DNA of 64,000 nt from Psilocybe cubensis (Eukaryota), in the NCBI GenBank assembly GCA_017499595.2, contig CM039003.1:2356001-2420000 (forward strand), written 5' to 3'. Position numbers and translations under genes: made by a program. Position 1 is the first letter of the stretch. Each line of letters starts with the position of its first letter. This document shows positions 11,312-23,692 of this stretch, piece after piece. The notes under the pieces are model-generated. The model had not been told where the DNA came from and searched no databases. It was given only the letters and a program-made list of their open reading frames with translations.

Positions 11312-14300
11312 ATGCCGTACACGACCGACACGCGCGAACGCAAACTCTCTCTGGCGTCGTTCTTGAACCCGAAACACTTTTATGGCGAATATATGCGCAT
11401 GCACGCGTCGAAACGGGCGGCACACGCGCAGACGGCCAGTTTGCCACATTCGCATCATCTTCAGCAACAGCTCCAGCTCCAGCACCAGCCGCCGCCGCCG
11501 CCACTGCCACAGCAGACGGTGCCTTCGAGGCACTCTAATGCTGCGTCGGCGTTTGGAGACTTTGGAGGGTTGAGGAGGAGGAGGAGTACGGGTGGAGGTA
11601 CGAAGGTGCGCAGTGGGAAGGAGAAGGGGAAGGGAGAGAAGGAGAAGGATAGGGATAGGGATGCCGGCGTTGCCTCGTCTTCTTCGACTGGGTCAGCGTC
11701 GGCCACGACGAAGGAGGCAAAGGAGCGCTCTCGCTTGTCAGGGCTCGGTATTTCGTCCTCGAGTGTGGTGTACAGCACGAGCATCGGCTCTGGGAATAGT
11801 ATCAGCTCAGATCATAATGGGCTGCACACTCCAACGTCGCCCGTTGCGTCGACGTCCTCGACGCATCTGGGCATGGGCAGCAGCAGTACCTCTGGAGCGT
11901 CGGGAGGAGGAGGAGGAGAAGCGGGGCGACATGGTAATAATGCTAGTAGCACGAGTATCCCGTCTGCAATTGCCGCATCGTCGTCCTCCGCGTCGTCCTC
12001 TCATCACAACGCACACGCTCAGCCACACCCGCACGCACACCCGCACCCGCACTCGCAGACGGCCGGCTCGAGCTCGGGCGACCCGCGGTTCTCGACGGCG
12101 GACCGCACGGTGCTGGCGGGGATTAGGGAGGGCCAGCAGGCGATGGAGCGGCAGTTTGTGATCAAGGGTGTAGGGCACAATGTGATTGGAGGCGGACGCT
12201 CCGCGGGGAAACGGTACCATCCGTTCTCGAGGAGGGAGGTACCGTATCCTAGAAGCTACGATCGTGAAGTTGTGGATTTGTGAGTGTTATTTCATTTTTT
12301 TTTACTTTCTTACTTTCGGTCTTTCGTTTCTTTCGTTTCTTTCGTTTCTCTTTCGAATGTTCTTTTGTTTTCTTGTTTTTCTTTTGTTTTCTTTTTTTCC
12401 TAGGGTTCGATTGGACGCCTCTAGGTAGTTAGTGCGTTGTTCTCTTGTGTTTTACATGGCTGTTCTTTTCTTTTCTTCCTTGTCTTGTGCTTTTTTTAAT
12501 AATTCTTCTCTCTTCTCTCTTCTCCCGCATACCGCATACTTTTCATGTTGCCGGTGGTCGCATTTGCATTTTCAACCGCTTTTCAATCCCGCTGTCTATC
12601 CGTGATTCTGTGCCCACAACGGGGTATATCGTCTCTCTTGTTTTCGGCTCCGCTTGCATCATTGTGGTATATTATGTTTTTCTTCCTTTTGCTTCTTTTT
12701 CTTGGTTTTCCGAATCTTTCGCCCCCCGGATCGGCATGGCGGGTTTACTGACTGTATTGTTTTCTTGGCATTTAGAGATGTATGGGAGACAATGTTCACC
12801 ACTGGCCTCTGCCAAAGTCTAACATGGCACGTCTTTGAAACCCCTCCGACAAAAGTGTAAGTAAACCCAATTTTTTTTGTTGGCTTTGCGGAGTTAACAA
12901 AATGTTTTCTTTTTTCTGCTTTTTTTTTTTTTTTTTTTTGATAGTCTTGAAATAGGCTGCGGTAAGTTGTCGGTTTTAAGCATTACGATGTTATTGTCAA
13001 GTGAGGGTTTTGTACTTACCCCCTCCTTTTTTTGCCGGTTTTCAGGAACAGGCACATGGATTTTGCAGTGCGCAAGGACGTGGAAGGTTTGTTGGTTTTT
13101 CATGTTGTGTTTTCGTTCTTTACAAGTTATTGATTATGGCTTGGATATTTCTAGGAGTGTCATTTCGTTGGTACGCACTCATTTGGCTGAGCTTGTGAGC
13201 TCAGGAGAAAGGAAAGTAGAAGTAGCTGACGGATTGGTGTAGGCCTTGATATCGTGCCTCTGCATCCCAATCTTCAAAATTTAGGTTCATCTGATCTGGC
13301 GTCAAGAATCACATGGGTACAGCATAACTTGTAAGTTCTTGTCTGCTCTATCTGATTGTCTTGTTGCGGTTGTGTGCTGACCATTTTTTCATTTACATAG
13401 TTTGGAAACCTTGCCGTTCCAGGATGAGGAATTCGATTTTGTGTATGTGGTTTATGGCAATGATGTGGATGTGTTTTTTGGGCTGATGGATGATTTGTAT
13501 ACTAGGCATATTAAACGGATTGCTTTGGGTGTTCCGGAGGATAGAGTCAGTTTGAAATGTTTCGGTCGATGTGATGGTGTGCTGACATGTTTTTTTTAGT
13601 GGGATAAATTCTTCGAGGAGATTCAGAGGGTGATGAAGCCTGGTGGTGCTTTCGAGGTACGCGATCCTCTTAATTACTCGGTCAAAATTTTCAAATATTG
13701 GTTTTAGATGGTTGAAGAAGACTTATTCTTCCCTGGAAGTAAACCTCTCGACGAAGATGACGTTTCGGTTGCTTCATTACATGGTGGAGACGACGCCTCG
13801 TCCGTGACAAGACGAGACAGTGTATCGTCTGACGAGCATCGAACGCTGAACGGGTTCGATGGACCTGAGAGACTCCCCCGTGTTTCTGAGGGGGATTCTC
13901 CAGTGACACCAACATCGGCCCTTGTCGCCCCTTCTTCGCAGTTACCTTTGCATGTACCTTCGCGGCCGTCGACGCCCACGCGTAATCAGCAGCATGGATC
14001 TGGCGATGCAAAAGAGGTAGCGGATGCCCAGGCACTGGCGCCACCGTCGCCCCCGCGAGACTCTCAGCCCGAAGTCGTCCGTTTGGTTACTCCTCATTCA
14101 AGGTCTCTTGTTCGCCCACCGCTATCCGTGAAGACCCACAAGACGCAGGCTGCTGCTGCTTCTGCTTCTGCTGCTGATGCCGCCGCCGCCGCCGCTGCCC
14201 CTCCGGCCTATTATGGATCGTCTCTTGGAGGAATGGGGTATGTCACATCGCAAGACCCTGCTGTGGACTTTATCAAGGACCAGCGGCGGGCTGCGGCTCA

Positions 14301-15791
14301 GGCAGCTAGAAAGCAGGCTATTGAGAGTTCTCCTCCGCCACCTCAGCCCAAGCCGAAACCTCCGACTTTGTTGACCAAAGATGTGACGCCACCGCCAGCC
14401 AACCCGCGCGATCATACTATGCTGGAAGCCATTTGGAATGGCATGCTCGAGTCGAGGTTTGTCAACACGACGCCGCTTTCGTTGTTGACGACATATTTGG
14501 AGTACCATTTCAAGGGTACGTTTTTTTGGCATTGTATCTAATTCAGTAGGTGATGATGGCACTGACACGACACGCGCACACACACAGATGTCAGAACTCA
14601 CCCACCTTTGTTGTATACCTTCCCGCCTTTGCCGGATAAGCCTGATGATGAGGACGAAGACGAGGCACAGACACCCCACCAACTGCCGTCAGATTCAGAG
14701 ACGGATATGGACGACTCTCGGGATTCAAGCGTACCAAAGCCTAGCAAGGCTCGCTCCACCAAGTCTCGTAAATCTGTCAACTCGAATAATACGGCACATC
14801 CGGAAGATATTAATCTGGAAGCGCTGTATGCAAAGCAGTCCCCTTATGTGACGTTGGACGGATCGCGCAGCTTTGCTTTCTCTCCAGCGATGCGTGCCGC
14901 ATTCACCCCGGTGAAAGAGGGCCAGCAGCCACCGCTCCGTCGGATGTCAAGGCTTCCTAATCCTGTGCTCAATATTGATTTGAGAACATTAAATCTTCAC
15001 CTTCATCTGCGAGCGAGGGAGATCATTGCGTGTTCGGAGTCGATGTGGGAGTGGGTGTTGGAACGCCAGGCGGCTGCGGAGAAAGAGGCCGCCCAAGCAG
15101 GTCGATTCCGCTCAGGATCGGCTTCGATTGAGGAGTACATGGTGGGAGTTCAGGCTACGGCTAGCAATAGCTCGGTCAACTTGACACAGAGTGCCATTTT
15201 GGAGATGACAAGAGATGACTTTGACCACCTCCTTGTTAACTTTGAGATGTGAGCTTTCTTTTTTCGGACAAGTTAATTGTTCATATGTTGATGTTTTTTT
15301 TTTGCAGGGATATGCATGACAAGGCTTCTGTTAGCCATGCACTGGAAGAACGCTTTAATTGGAATGTGTTTAGATCACCTATCCTCCAAGACCGGAAGGC
15401 GTTTGATAATGCGTGCGAGAAGTACGACAAGCACATTGCGAAGCAGAAAAGAGACCAGATGGCCACCAATCCATATAGACAATCTAACAGTCATCGATCG
15501 AGGAACTCCATGTCGACGCCGGGCCTTGTCCAGCCAATGTCTGAGCTTTTGAACGCCAATGACCTCAACATGATAGCAAGGTCTACGAGTAGCCCACAGC
15601 CTTCTAGCGGAGACCGTTCTCTGGACGACACGAGCTCAATAGCGACAGCCATAGTGTCAAATACTCGACAGGATAGCAATTCATCACATACCCACCTCGG
15701 TTCATCTTCTACGTCACAGCTTTCGGAAGCGAGACCTCCTCAAATGCTCAGCCGCGCGATGCGTGTCTTTGTCGCGTGGAAGGCCTCATAA
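11312..15791 (+). CDS. Class I SAM-dependent methyltransferase (LaeA-like/Methyltransf_23-25 type) with large disordered inserts
   Basis: Spliced core: YPRSYDREVVDL|DVWETMF...PPTKV|LEIGCG|TGTWILQCARTWK|ECHFVG|LDIVPLHPNL...ITWVQHNF|LETLPFQDEEFDFV|HIKRIALGVPEDR|WDKFFEEIQRVMKPGGAFE|MVEEDLFFPG. Motif I (LEIGCGTG), LPF..eFD and RVMKPGG are all present. Ends VFVAWKAS*. The true 5' end is uncertain (11312 or 5552). Confidence 0.85.
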
Positions 15792-18700
15792 CAGATACCT
15801 GTGCGCTTTCTGTTTTTGCATACCCATACCCTATTTTCGCCAAAAACAGTAGCATGGCTCCCCATTAGTGCTGCTGGAGAAGGTGTTGTTGACACGGCCT
15901 CCGATTCTAATTTCTTTGGGTTATCCGCTCCGGCAATCTCAGAAGGAGCCAGAGACCCGATTTGGAGGTGGCCCACCGTTTCTGGGTTTGGGGTCAACAG
16001 CTGCCTGCCCTATTTCCTTTTCTGCCCCTTCTCTCCTTTTTAAACCGTCTTCGTGGGTTTTTCTTACCAACAACGATCGACTTCCGAGGAAGGTAGTTTA
16101 ATTTCCATTTCTGCTCATTTGATTGCATTCTATCTTTTGCTTATTCCCATAAATCTCTTACAACAACAAATTCTTTTTTGGATACGTCTCTTCATCGCTT
16201 TCGCAAACTATATATCTAATGCATTTACTTGTCATCGTTGCTTGTTCCTATAGGTTATTGATGCATTTTTTTCAAACTATATATCTCCTATGCCGCGTGC
16301 CTTTTTTCATCTCGCTATTCATTGCTTGCCGATGTTTTCCTAACTTATGTAGTTTATCATTATAGGATTATACTTCGGACTCGTTTCCAAAATGAATGGC
16401 TGCTTATCGACTCCAAATCCATCGGATTCGCCATTCATAAAAGTTGGCCTCTTCTTAGCTTCCGAAATGGATCATAAATCATGGGCACGCTACATGACCA
16501 CTTGAGCGCGAGGCTGGCAGAAAATTCCGAGACGCAAAAATGGGATCCGAGTTGCGCTTTTCATCTTGGACGTGGATATGAAAGCATACCGTCATCGATT
16601 CGACCGGACATTTAATTTGCGGGTCTATGATGCGCAGGAGCCAAGCAGGAGCAGGAGCACATCCGACTCCACTTCGTTGCCAGCACCTCCCCTGAGCATT
16701 TTGCAGCTCGCACTTTAGAGTCTTAGACCCGCAATTGCGCGACGCCTGACCTCTGCAGAAAGAGCTAGTTTCGGGTACTCGGTAGGGGTTGATATGGAAT
16801 GGAACTCATGGTGTGGTCATGAGAAGGGGTGAGGCAAACGGCATCAGGCCCAAATCAGACAAACATCAGAGCCCTCGGCTGTATTGACACCCTTTGTGGT
16901 AACCTCCGATTCGGGCCCAAATCCGATGGAATCCATCATCTAGGATTCAACCTATATGTAAAACAGGGAATCCTGGTGCGACCCTGACAAATCCTAGGCA
17001 TCCCTGAATTGGGGATTGATCAGATGGTCTGATATGGACCTAATCTATCGCCACCTTGCCGCCCTCTAGTGTGCAATGAGGCTGATGGAAAAATCGGGAA
17101 GATTTGTTTCCTTTTCCTGACGTCGCTATATCGGCTGTTTTGACTTTGTATGTGAGAATTTTTATCCCTTTTGTAGAAGAATGACATTGTCCCAAGAGCA
17201 ACATTGAAATCCAGAAGAAGGAACACAAAAGAGTGCATTATCATACTACATACATTTCCCGAGCCAATACCAGCAAAAGCTCCCTGGATTCTCTGTTCAT
17301 TGCGGGCCACTCATTCCGAACCAACTTCCAAGGATATAATCAATAATGACATATACATGCCGAGACAAATACATCTTATCACACAATGGCGAAAAACGGG
17401 AACCGCCATATTTTCTTTGATGCGGTATGTGAGATTTCTTGATCAGACTTCTCACCATTTCTCATCAAGCCCGAATAAGAGCGACGACAAATATAGGCAG
17501 GCTAACGTCCACGGGCAGACGGACACTGGAGGCGTGCCCTGGTATATTCTGGAAGCCCTGACGCTTGCAAAACTTCCTTCTGTCATATGTTATTCGCGTT
17601 TCCGTTGCCTAGCGTCGTTTGCTTGTTGAACGTTCCTCGGGAGTTGAAATGGACCGATAGTTGGTTGGCCGACTGGACTCCTCCACGGTGATCATAATCT
17701 AAGCTTCTCGTGCCATATAACACGGACGTGCCAGTGTACAAGTGGCAGAAGCTTGTTCCATCCTACACGGCGCCACTGTGATATGCAAAAGTTCTTTAAA
17801 TACACTTGGATAACAATGAACAAGTGTCTCCAAGCCCGGTGAATAAGTTGTTACTCAAATAGTAGACTCCAGACTTGGAAGGGACGTATTGTTATCGCAG
17901 ACCCGAAAAGCTCGACGAAGAGATGATAGGGTTTTCTCTTCAATCTTAATTTTAGCGCGTCCTGTAGTCTGCCCAGTACACTGTATACCGAGGGCTTGTA
18001 TTAATCTCTTTCACATTTTAAGTGACATTGTGTTTGATAACACGGAAACCAATTAACGATCCATTTTGGGATACAAATAAGGAAGTGCAGCCTTTAAAGG
18101 CAGGATTACTTCCTGATGCGGCTTCAGCAGATTGATGAAGCCCCTTTAATGTGGCTGAACGTATACGTATTCTGTAATATGCGAAACCCGAGGTGTTATT
18201 GAAAGCCCTTCAAACCGATTTTCAAGGATGAAATTTGGGTAGACACAAATTGAAAGGCAAATGTAACCAAGCTCCATATTTACAAACGCTTTGATCAATC
18301 TTCGAACCACTGTGTCTACTAAGTAGCACTATTAGTGGCTTTTTCAATGTCAATAATTAGGCTCATCCATCAGTGCCATCTTTACAATGTTAATAACTAT
18401 CAGAGGCTGTAATTCGCTCCCGACCCGTAATACCCAGACGCAGCTAAGGATAGTAAAAGTCGTCTTATTCAACTTCATCGCCACTCCATGCAATGCATGC
18501 ACTCGCAAATTCTACACCAGGTGAGTTGATCTTTCTTCTTTGGGCTGTCCCAAGTCGGAAACCAAGGAGACCACGACATTTTATCATTTATCTCCATTTG
18601 CGCCGCTTCTCCGGCGCTTCTCTGCTTCACCTCCACGCAACGGCTTGATATATTAAAAAAGGTCTTCAGGTCAGGTCTACGACCAGAAAAGATCTGAGAA

Positions 18701-21700
18701 AAAAAAAGGATCCTGGCTAGCCCCACAATATTATTTCAGGACCATCTGTCAACCAGGATGGCGCGTCAATGCTACACGAGAACTGAATAAAGAATTTCCG
18801 GGCAGCGCTCTCTCTCGCGGGAACCATCGGGGGTTTCCCAAGTCGCAAGTTGTAACAATCTTAAATCTATCCTATAAACTCACTGTTCATCACCCCTTGT
18901 GTTAGCATGTGTAGACTACGGCGCTATGCAAGTGTGTCAGAATCTATTGATATTTTTTCTAAACTTCAAGGGACTCTTTAACTTACTAACATATTAAATT
19001 AAATTGAGAGCATTTGACAGTCCTATGAACCTGGTCTGAATCCCTAGTAAATAGGGCAAAATGCAGATGAGGAACCTTCCCCATTTAACTGTTTTTTCTC
19101 TAAAGTGGGCGTGCCTCCAGATGCCAAGGCACAGAATATCAGTGTCGCTTTGAAAACAGCAGCCATGAACACTGACTCTTAACCAGCAACCGTCAAACGT
19201 CAGAAAAAAATATTGGATGGTAGGTATGTACTCTGGCTATTTGCACCCGAGCAACCAGGCTTGGGCTGGACACACCGCGTCTGAGTATCTGCCATACGTA
19301 CGCAGTCAATTCTATGTATAAATCTGTTGCGACGAATGTAGAAAACATGCATATCGACAAAGCAGCACTTCGCGTTCGCGTCGTCCATCCTCCACGAAAT
19401 CTCTCTTCTACGTGACGCCCAAAAATTTCAAACCGGGTTTTCCGGGATGCAAAATAGCCCAAAGCTCAAATCGGAAATTACATATCGACGAACACGAGCG
19501 GCTGGAAAAAGCCGCTCAGAACCGCTGAGTCACTGACATGAGTAGGTGGTCATGAATAATGAGGTTTGCGTAAATAGACACTTCCTTGCTGTGCAAAGGC
19601 GGGACGCGATGAGCAGTAGCGTTTATGCGGGGTCAGGAGGCCCTTCTCCGCGCTACTGTGAAACCTCAGCAGGCGACCGTGCATCCCCGTAGATCCCGGC
19701 TGGCACCAGCATCATCCAACCATCCCGTACGAGGTAGTGGGGTTGAATCTCCATTGATGTAAAGCCCATACCAATGATCATGGAAGGCTTGTATCACTCT
19801 CGAGGCTCGAGACCTTTATTTGGCATATTTCGACCCTTGGACCTTCCGGAACAAAAAGCATTATTTCTTCGGAGCCTTTGAAGGCCTTGGATTAGATCGT
19901 CCAGCAACTTGTTTGTGGCCAGCCTCGTTTATTGGTAACTCAAACAACCTGACGCAAGCCACTACCTAAAGGCACTATTGCAGATCGCACGTATTAATAA
20001 CAACCATCTAGATTGTTTATGGTTAAGCCGGACTCACAATCATCATGCTTTGCCCCCCGTTTGTCTGATTAGACCGTACTTAGATTGATCCATCCACAAA
20101 AAGGTCAAAGCGCAGCCTGAGACATGGATGACCCAACAATATCTGCAACAACAAAGAGTCCAAGACCCGGATCCAGATACGAAGTCGTAGCGCATCAGTC
20201 GATAAACAATCAAGTAGCCGGGGCGCGTCAAGTGCTTTGTTTAAACTTGTAGGATTGCATCCTGGTCTTGCTGATTAATCCACACCGATACAAGTGAAAA
20301 AAAATCTATGCAAAGGAGGAGTCAGAACGATCTTGATTTTCTTTTTCTTTAGAAACCATCTCCAACGCGTAAATATTACCTTGAAAAAATATATGCGCGG
20401 ACTACCGACGGCCAAGGGTGGGGGGCCTTGCATCCCCGAAGCTGGAAAGGCGACATGATTGGACGAAAAAGCATCAAGCAGCTGACCATGCATGCATGTT
20501 ACATGGCATAGCAGATGAACAACAACAAAGATATGCACTCTGGATGCAGTGGCGGGTCGCACGCCCGTTCAAGGAGCTCATCCGGGCGAGCGTCAAATTT
20601 AGGTCCAAAAGCGTACAGCAGGACGGGTTATTCCTGACTGAAGGTTGACATCCGCGGGTGCTTGCAACCCACGGTCCGTACACTGGACTGTGCTAAATCG
20701 AATCGAATTACGGTTATGCCGCAGTGACGCAAGTGAACAGGACAGTGGGAAACGCGTTGGTTAAAAGGATTAGCAAAAAATAATAAAAACGCATCATAAT
20801 CATAACTTAGAACGTATCACACATTCGACGTCTAAACGTTGCCTGAGAGCGGGATACCCATCCCACCGAGAAGAAAGATCGTCGTTCCGGTAATCTGTAA
20901 AAGGCAGTGAAGAGGAATCAACGAAATCCGTTTGCGAAGAGAAAAAAGACAAACATTACACACGTCGCACTAGGTACACTCACACACCCACACTCGGATT
21001 ATCCGGAATCCACAGCACACTAAAAGAAGCCATGCCAGGCGTACCTTCGTGACGCCCCTTCTCTCCAAATTCCAGAGCTACGGTGGTTCTCTCCTTCGTT
21101 TCTTCTCCATCTCCTTCTAGCTGAGAAGAAGAAGAGTGCCATTAAAAGACGAGAGGAACGGACCCAGAACCGTGAAAAAAAAGAAGTATGAAAAAGAAAA
21201 GTACACCAAAAACTGTACTGAGAGCGTGATGCTCCGAAATATGATCCTAAAGCGCTCCGTCTCCGCCTGGCACCATATGACTATGACGCCTTTGTCGCGC
21301 CGCCCACAGCGCCGTGAAGACGGGATAGTGCATCCTGTGACTTGCACATAGCTATTAATGCACCGCGTCATCTGGCGAAAAACATGAATGTGCGAGCAGC
21401 CGGAAGAGCCTAATAGATGGGTGTTTTTTTGTACTATGTGCATTCGCATTGGTGATTGGTGATTGAATGGATGCCCACCCGCCATAATTGAATATGAATC
21501 AAGGTAAATAGACCTGCCACGCCACTAGCCCCAGACTAATTTCAGCACACACTCTTCTCGCGGTTATTCGCGAAAAGGCTGCAACTCACACGCACCGGGT
21601 TCACAGGACGAAGACAGGCTAAGTGCTTGCAAGCAGTGGGGTTCTTGGTTCTTCCTTGCCGATAAAAATAACCCTGTGTCATAGGCCGTGTCCTCCCTTT

Positions 21701-23692
21701 TCCCAGCGTGAAAATCAATCCCAATGAGGGTGGTTGTTCTCGTGTGCTTCCGAAGCGACTTTTGCACAAAAACAAAGGAGGGGACACTGGACAGGAAGCT
21801 CTAATGGACGTGTCAAAGGGGGCTATTTACAGTCCAGATAGCAGCCTCGGAACAGTCGTCGTGTCCAGCATCGTGAATTAGGGGTGGAACAAGAGACAAA
21901 GAAGGAGTCGCATGCATACATATATCTGGAAAACTGAAAGAGAGATGAGGGTTGTAAAAAAGCGAGATAACACTGCTAAGTAGGACACGTACCATTGAAA
22001 GAAGCCCTCTGATCGACAAGGCGTCGCACGCAAAAGATGGGCAAAAGCGCCCTTTTCGTCATCTGACGAACAATGACATCCATCCATCCATCTCTTGGGA
22101 CAGTTCACTATGAATATGATGCGAGCAAGATACGAGCAATGAGCGATTGAACCACGTAGTCAGCTTAGTATATGCGCAAAAAGGTGATTTCGAAGAGTGA
22201 ATAGAATCACACAGCGCAGAGGGAACGAAACAAGGCCCTGATCGTGACTCCTCGGCACCAAAACTAATCCAAACGCATCCTTTTCAAAACCGCAACTCGC
22301 CGTCAAAGTTTTGTTTGACTTTCCAATGGCTGTTCAGCGGGTGTACAGAGGCTAGAGCTGATAGGGTGTGAACCAAAAAAATCTACACACGCACGTCCAC
22401 GTCGCACCGTCAGTCGTGGTCGTGACTATGACTCATGTGCATGGGGAAGGGGGAAGGGTTGAGGGAAGGTATCGCATCACTCGAAACTCGAAACTCGACA
22501 TCACAGGACTGGCATCGCACCAAAAACCCAAACAAGGCTACAAGCTCCCTCAGGCAAAATTGGGAATCCTTGGATTAATCAGGAAGACTTGCCTGCTATG
22601 GTCTTTTCTTCTTTCAGGCAACACCCCGTCCCCCGCGTCCCCGCGTCCCCATTCAGCTTGTAAACGTACAAGTCAAAAACAAAATCAGTGTGATTCCATT
22701 TCCATTTCCCATAGACGGCCGAATGTGGATCTTCCAATACAATACAATACAAAATTCTGGGATATATCCGGGGACAGAAAACTTGTAGCAAAGCGCATAG
22801 AGCTCAGGCAGGCCCTTGGACATTCTGTTGAGGCGAAGGGAGCTGAATATGCGATTCAACAGAAGCCACCAATTTGGCGCAAAAACGAACCCCCGACGCC
22901 CACATTCTTTCCTCATATGTACGTACCTACCTCCCCTTCTCGATATATCCTTCCCCCCGATTACCCCTTTATTCACCGATATGGATGGTGCTCGCTCGGC
23001 GGGGCAAGAACTGCAATTGGAAGATTACTTTCCATTTTGCGTCGAACGGGTTGTATCCAAAATGAAAAAAAAGTAAAGACGTAAACCCGACACCAACCAC
23101 GCGAAAAAGAAAGAGTTAAAATAAAAGCTTTTTTTGTTTATACACGAAAGAAAGGGGGTGATTGAATTGAAGGGAACACGACAGGGAAACTACATACAAG
23201 TACTGTTGGTTTAAAATGTATAATACCGAGTTAATCAGCCATACAAAGGAGGGATCGATAACGTAGTAAGTACTATGAAGGCGAGACAAGGGGCGTGATG
23301 GTAAAAAAGCCATCGTATATGAGGCAGACGATATTCCTTGTTCAAAGGAATATCAATGTCGAAAGAGAGAGAGAGGAGAAAGCGAGGCAGAGAGAGAGAG
23401 GAAACAGCATATGAGAGACTTCATTGATCATCAAGAAGGAACAATACACTATGGAAAGATACGTAAAGAACACAGGTGTTAATCGAGGAGAAAGAGAAAG
23501 AGAGAAAAAGAAAAAAAAGAAACCGAACGGCTATCTGAAGAGCCGAGGCTGAAAAGCCTAACAGGAAGGAATATCGCAGGGAGACGACTTTTTAGTATTC
23601 GTTCGCCCTGGGGTCCCACGGAACATGAAAGGATTATGGTCGAAAGCCAGGGCATGTGTCAATCCGTTCACATGCACCATATGGAATGGCGT

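Larger units (their letters stand above)
1880..12940. repeat. Microsatellite/hexamer-repeat-rich domain
   Basis: (ATTTGG)n ~2185, (GGTTCT)n ~3020, (CGACG)n ~3690, GAGAAG-type arrays 6650-6765 and 7970-8040, (CCTGTT)n ~8481, (CAGTCG)n ~8590, (TTTCG/TTTC)n ~12320 and poly-T 12919-12939. Confidence 0.85.

Noticed and set aside
5552-15791. RiPP system (borosin- or KEX2-repeat-type precursor plus methyltransferase)
   Set aside because: The enzyme is a class I Rossmann MTase, not the tetrapyrrole-methylase-like borosin type. The repeats lack a signal peptide and regular KR cleavage sites, and no tailoring genes are adjacent.
20885-20915. U5 snRNA (GCCTTTTAC loop on the minus strand)
   Set aside because: The loop sequence matches, but only about 2 bp of flanking stem form. 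It is better explained as a 3' splice site.
22368-23084. 238-aa plus-strand ORF
   Set aside because: GTG start, no motifs, no splice structure; likely a chance ORF.
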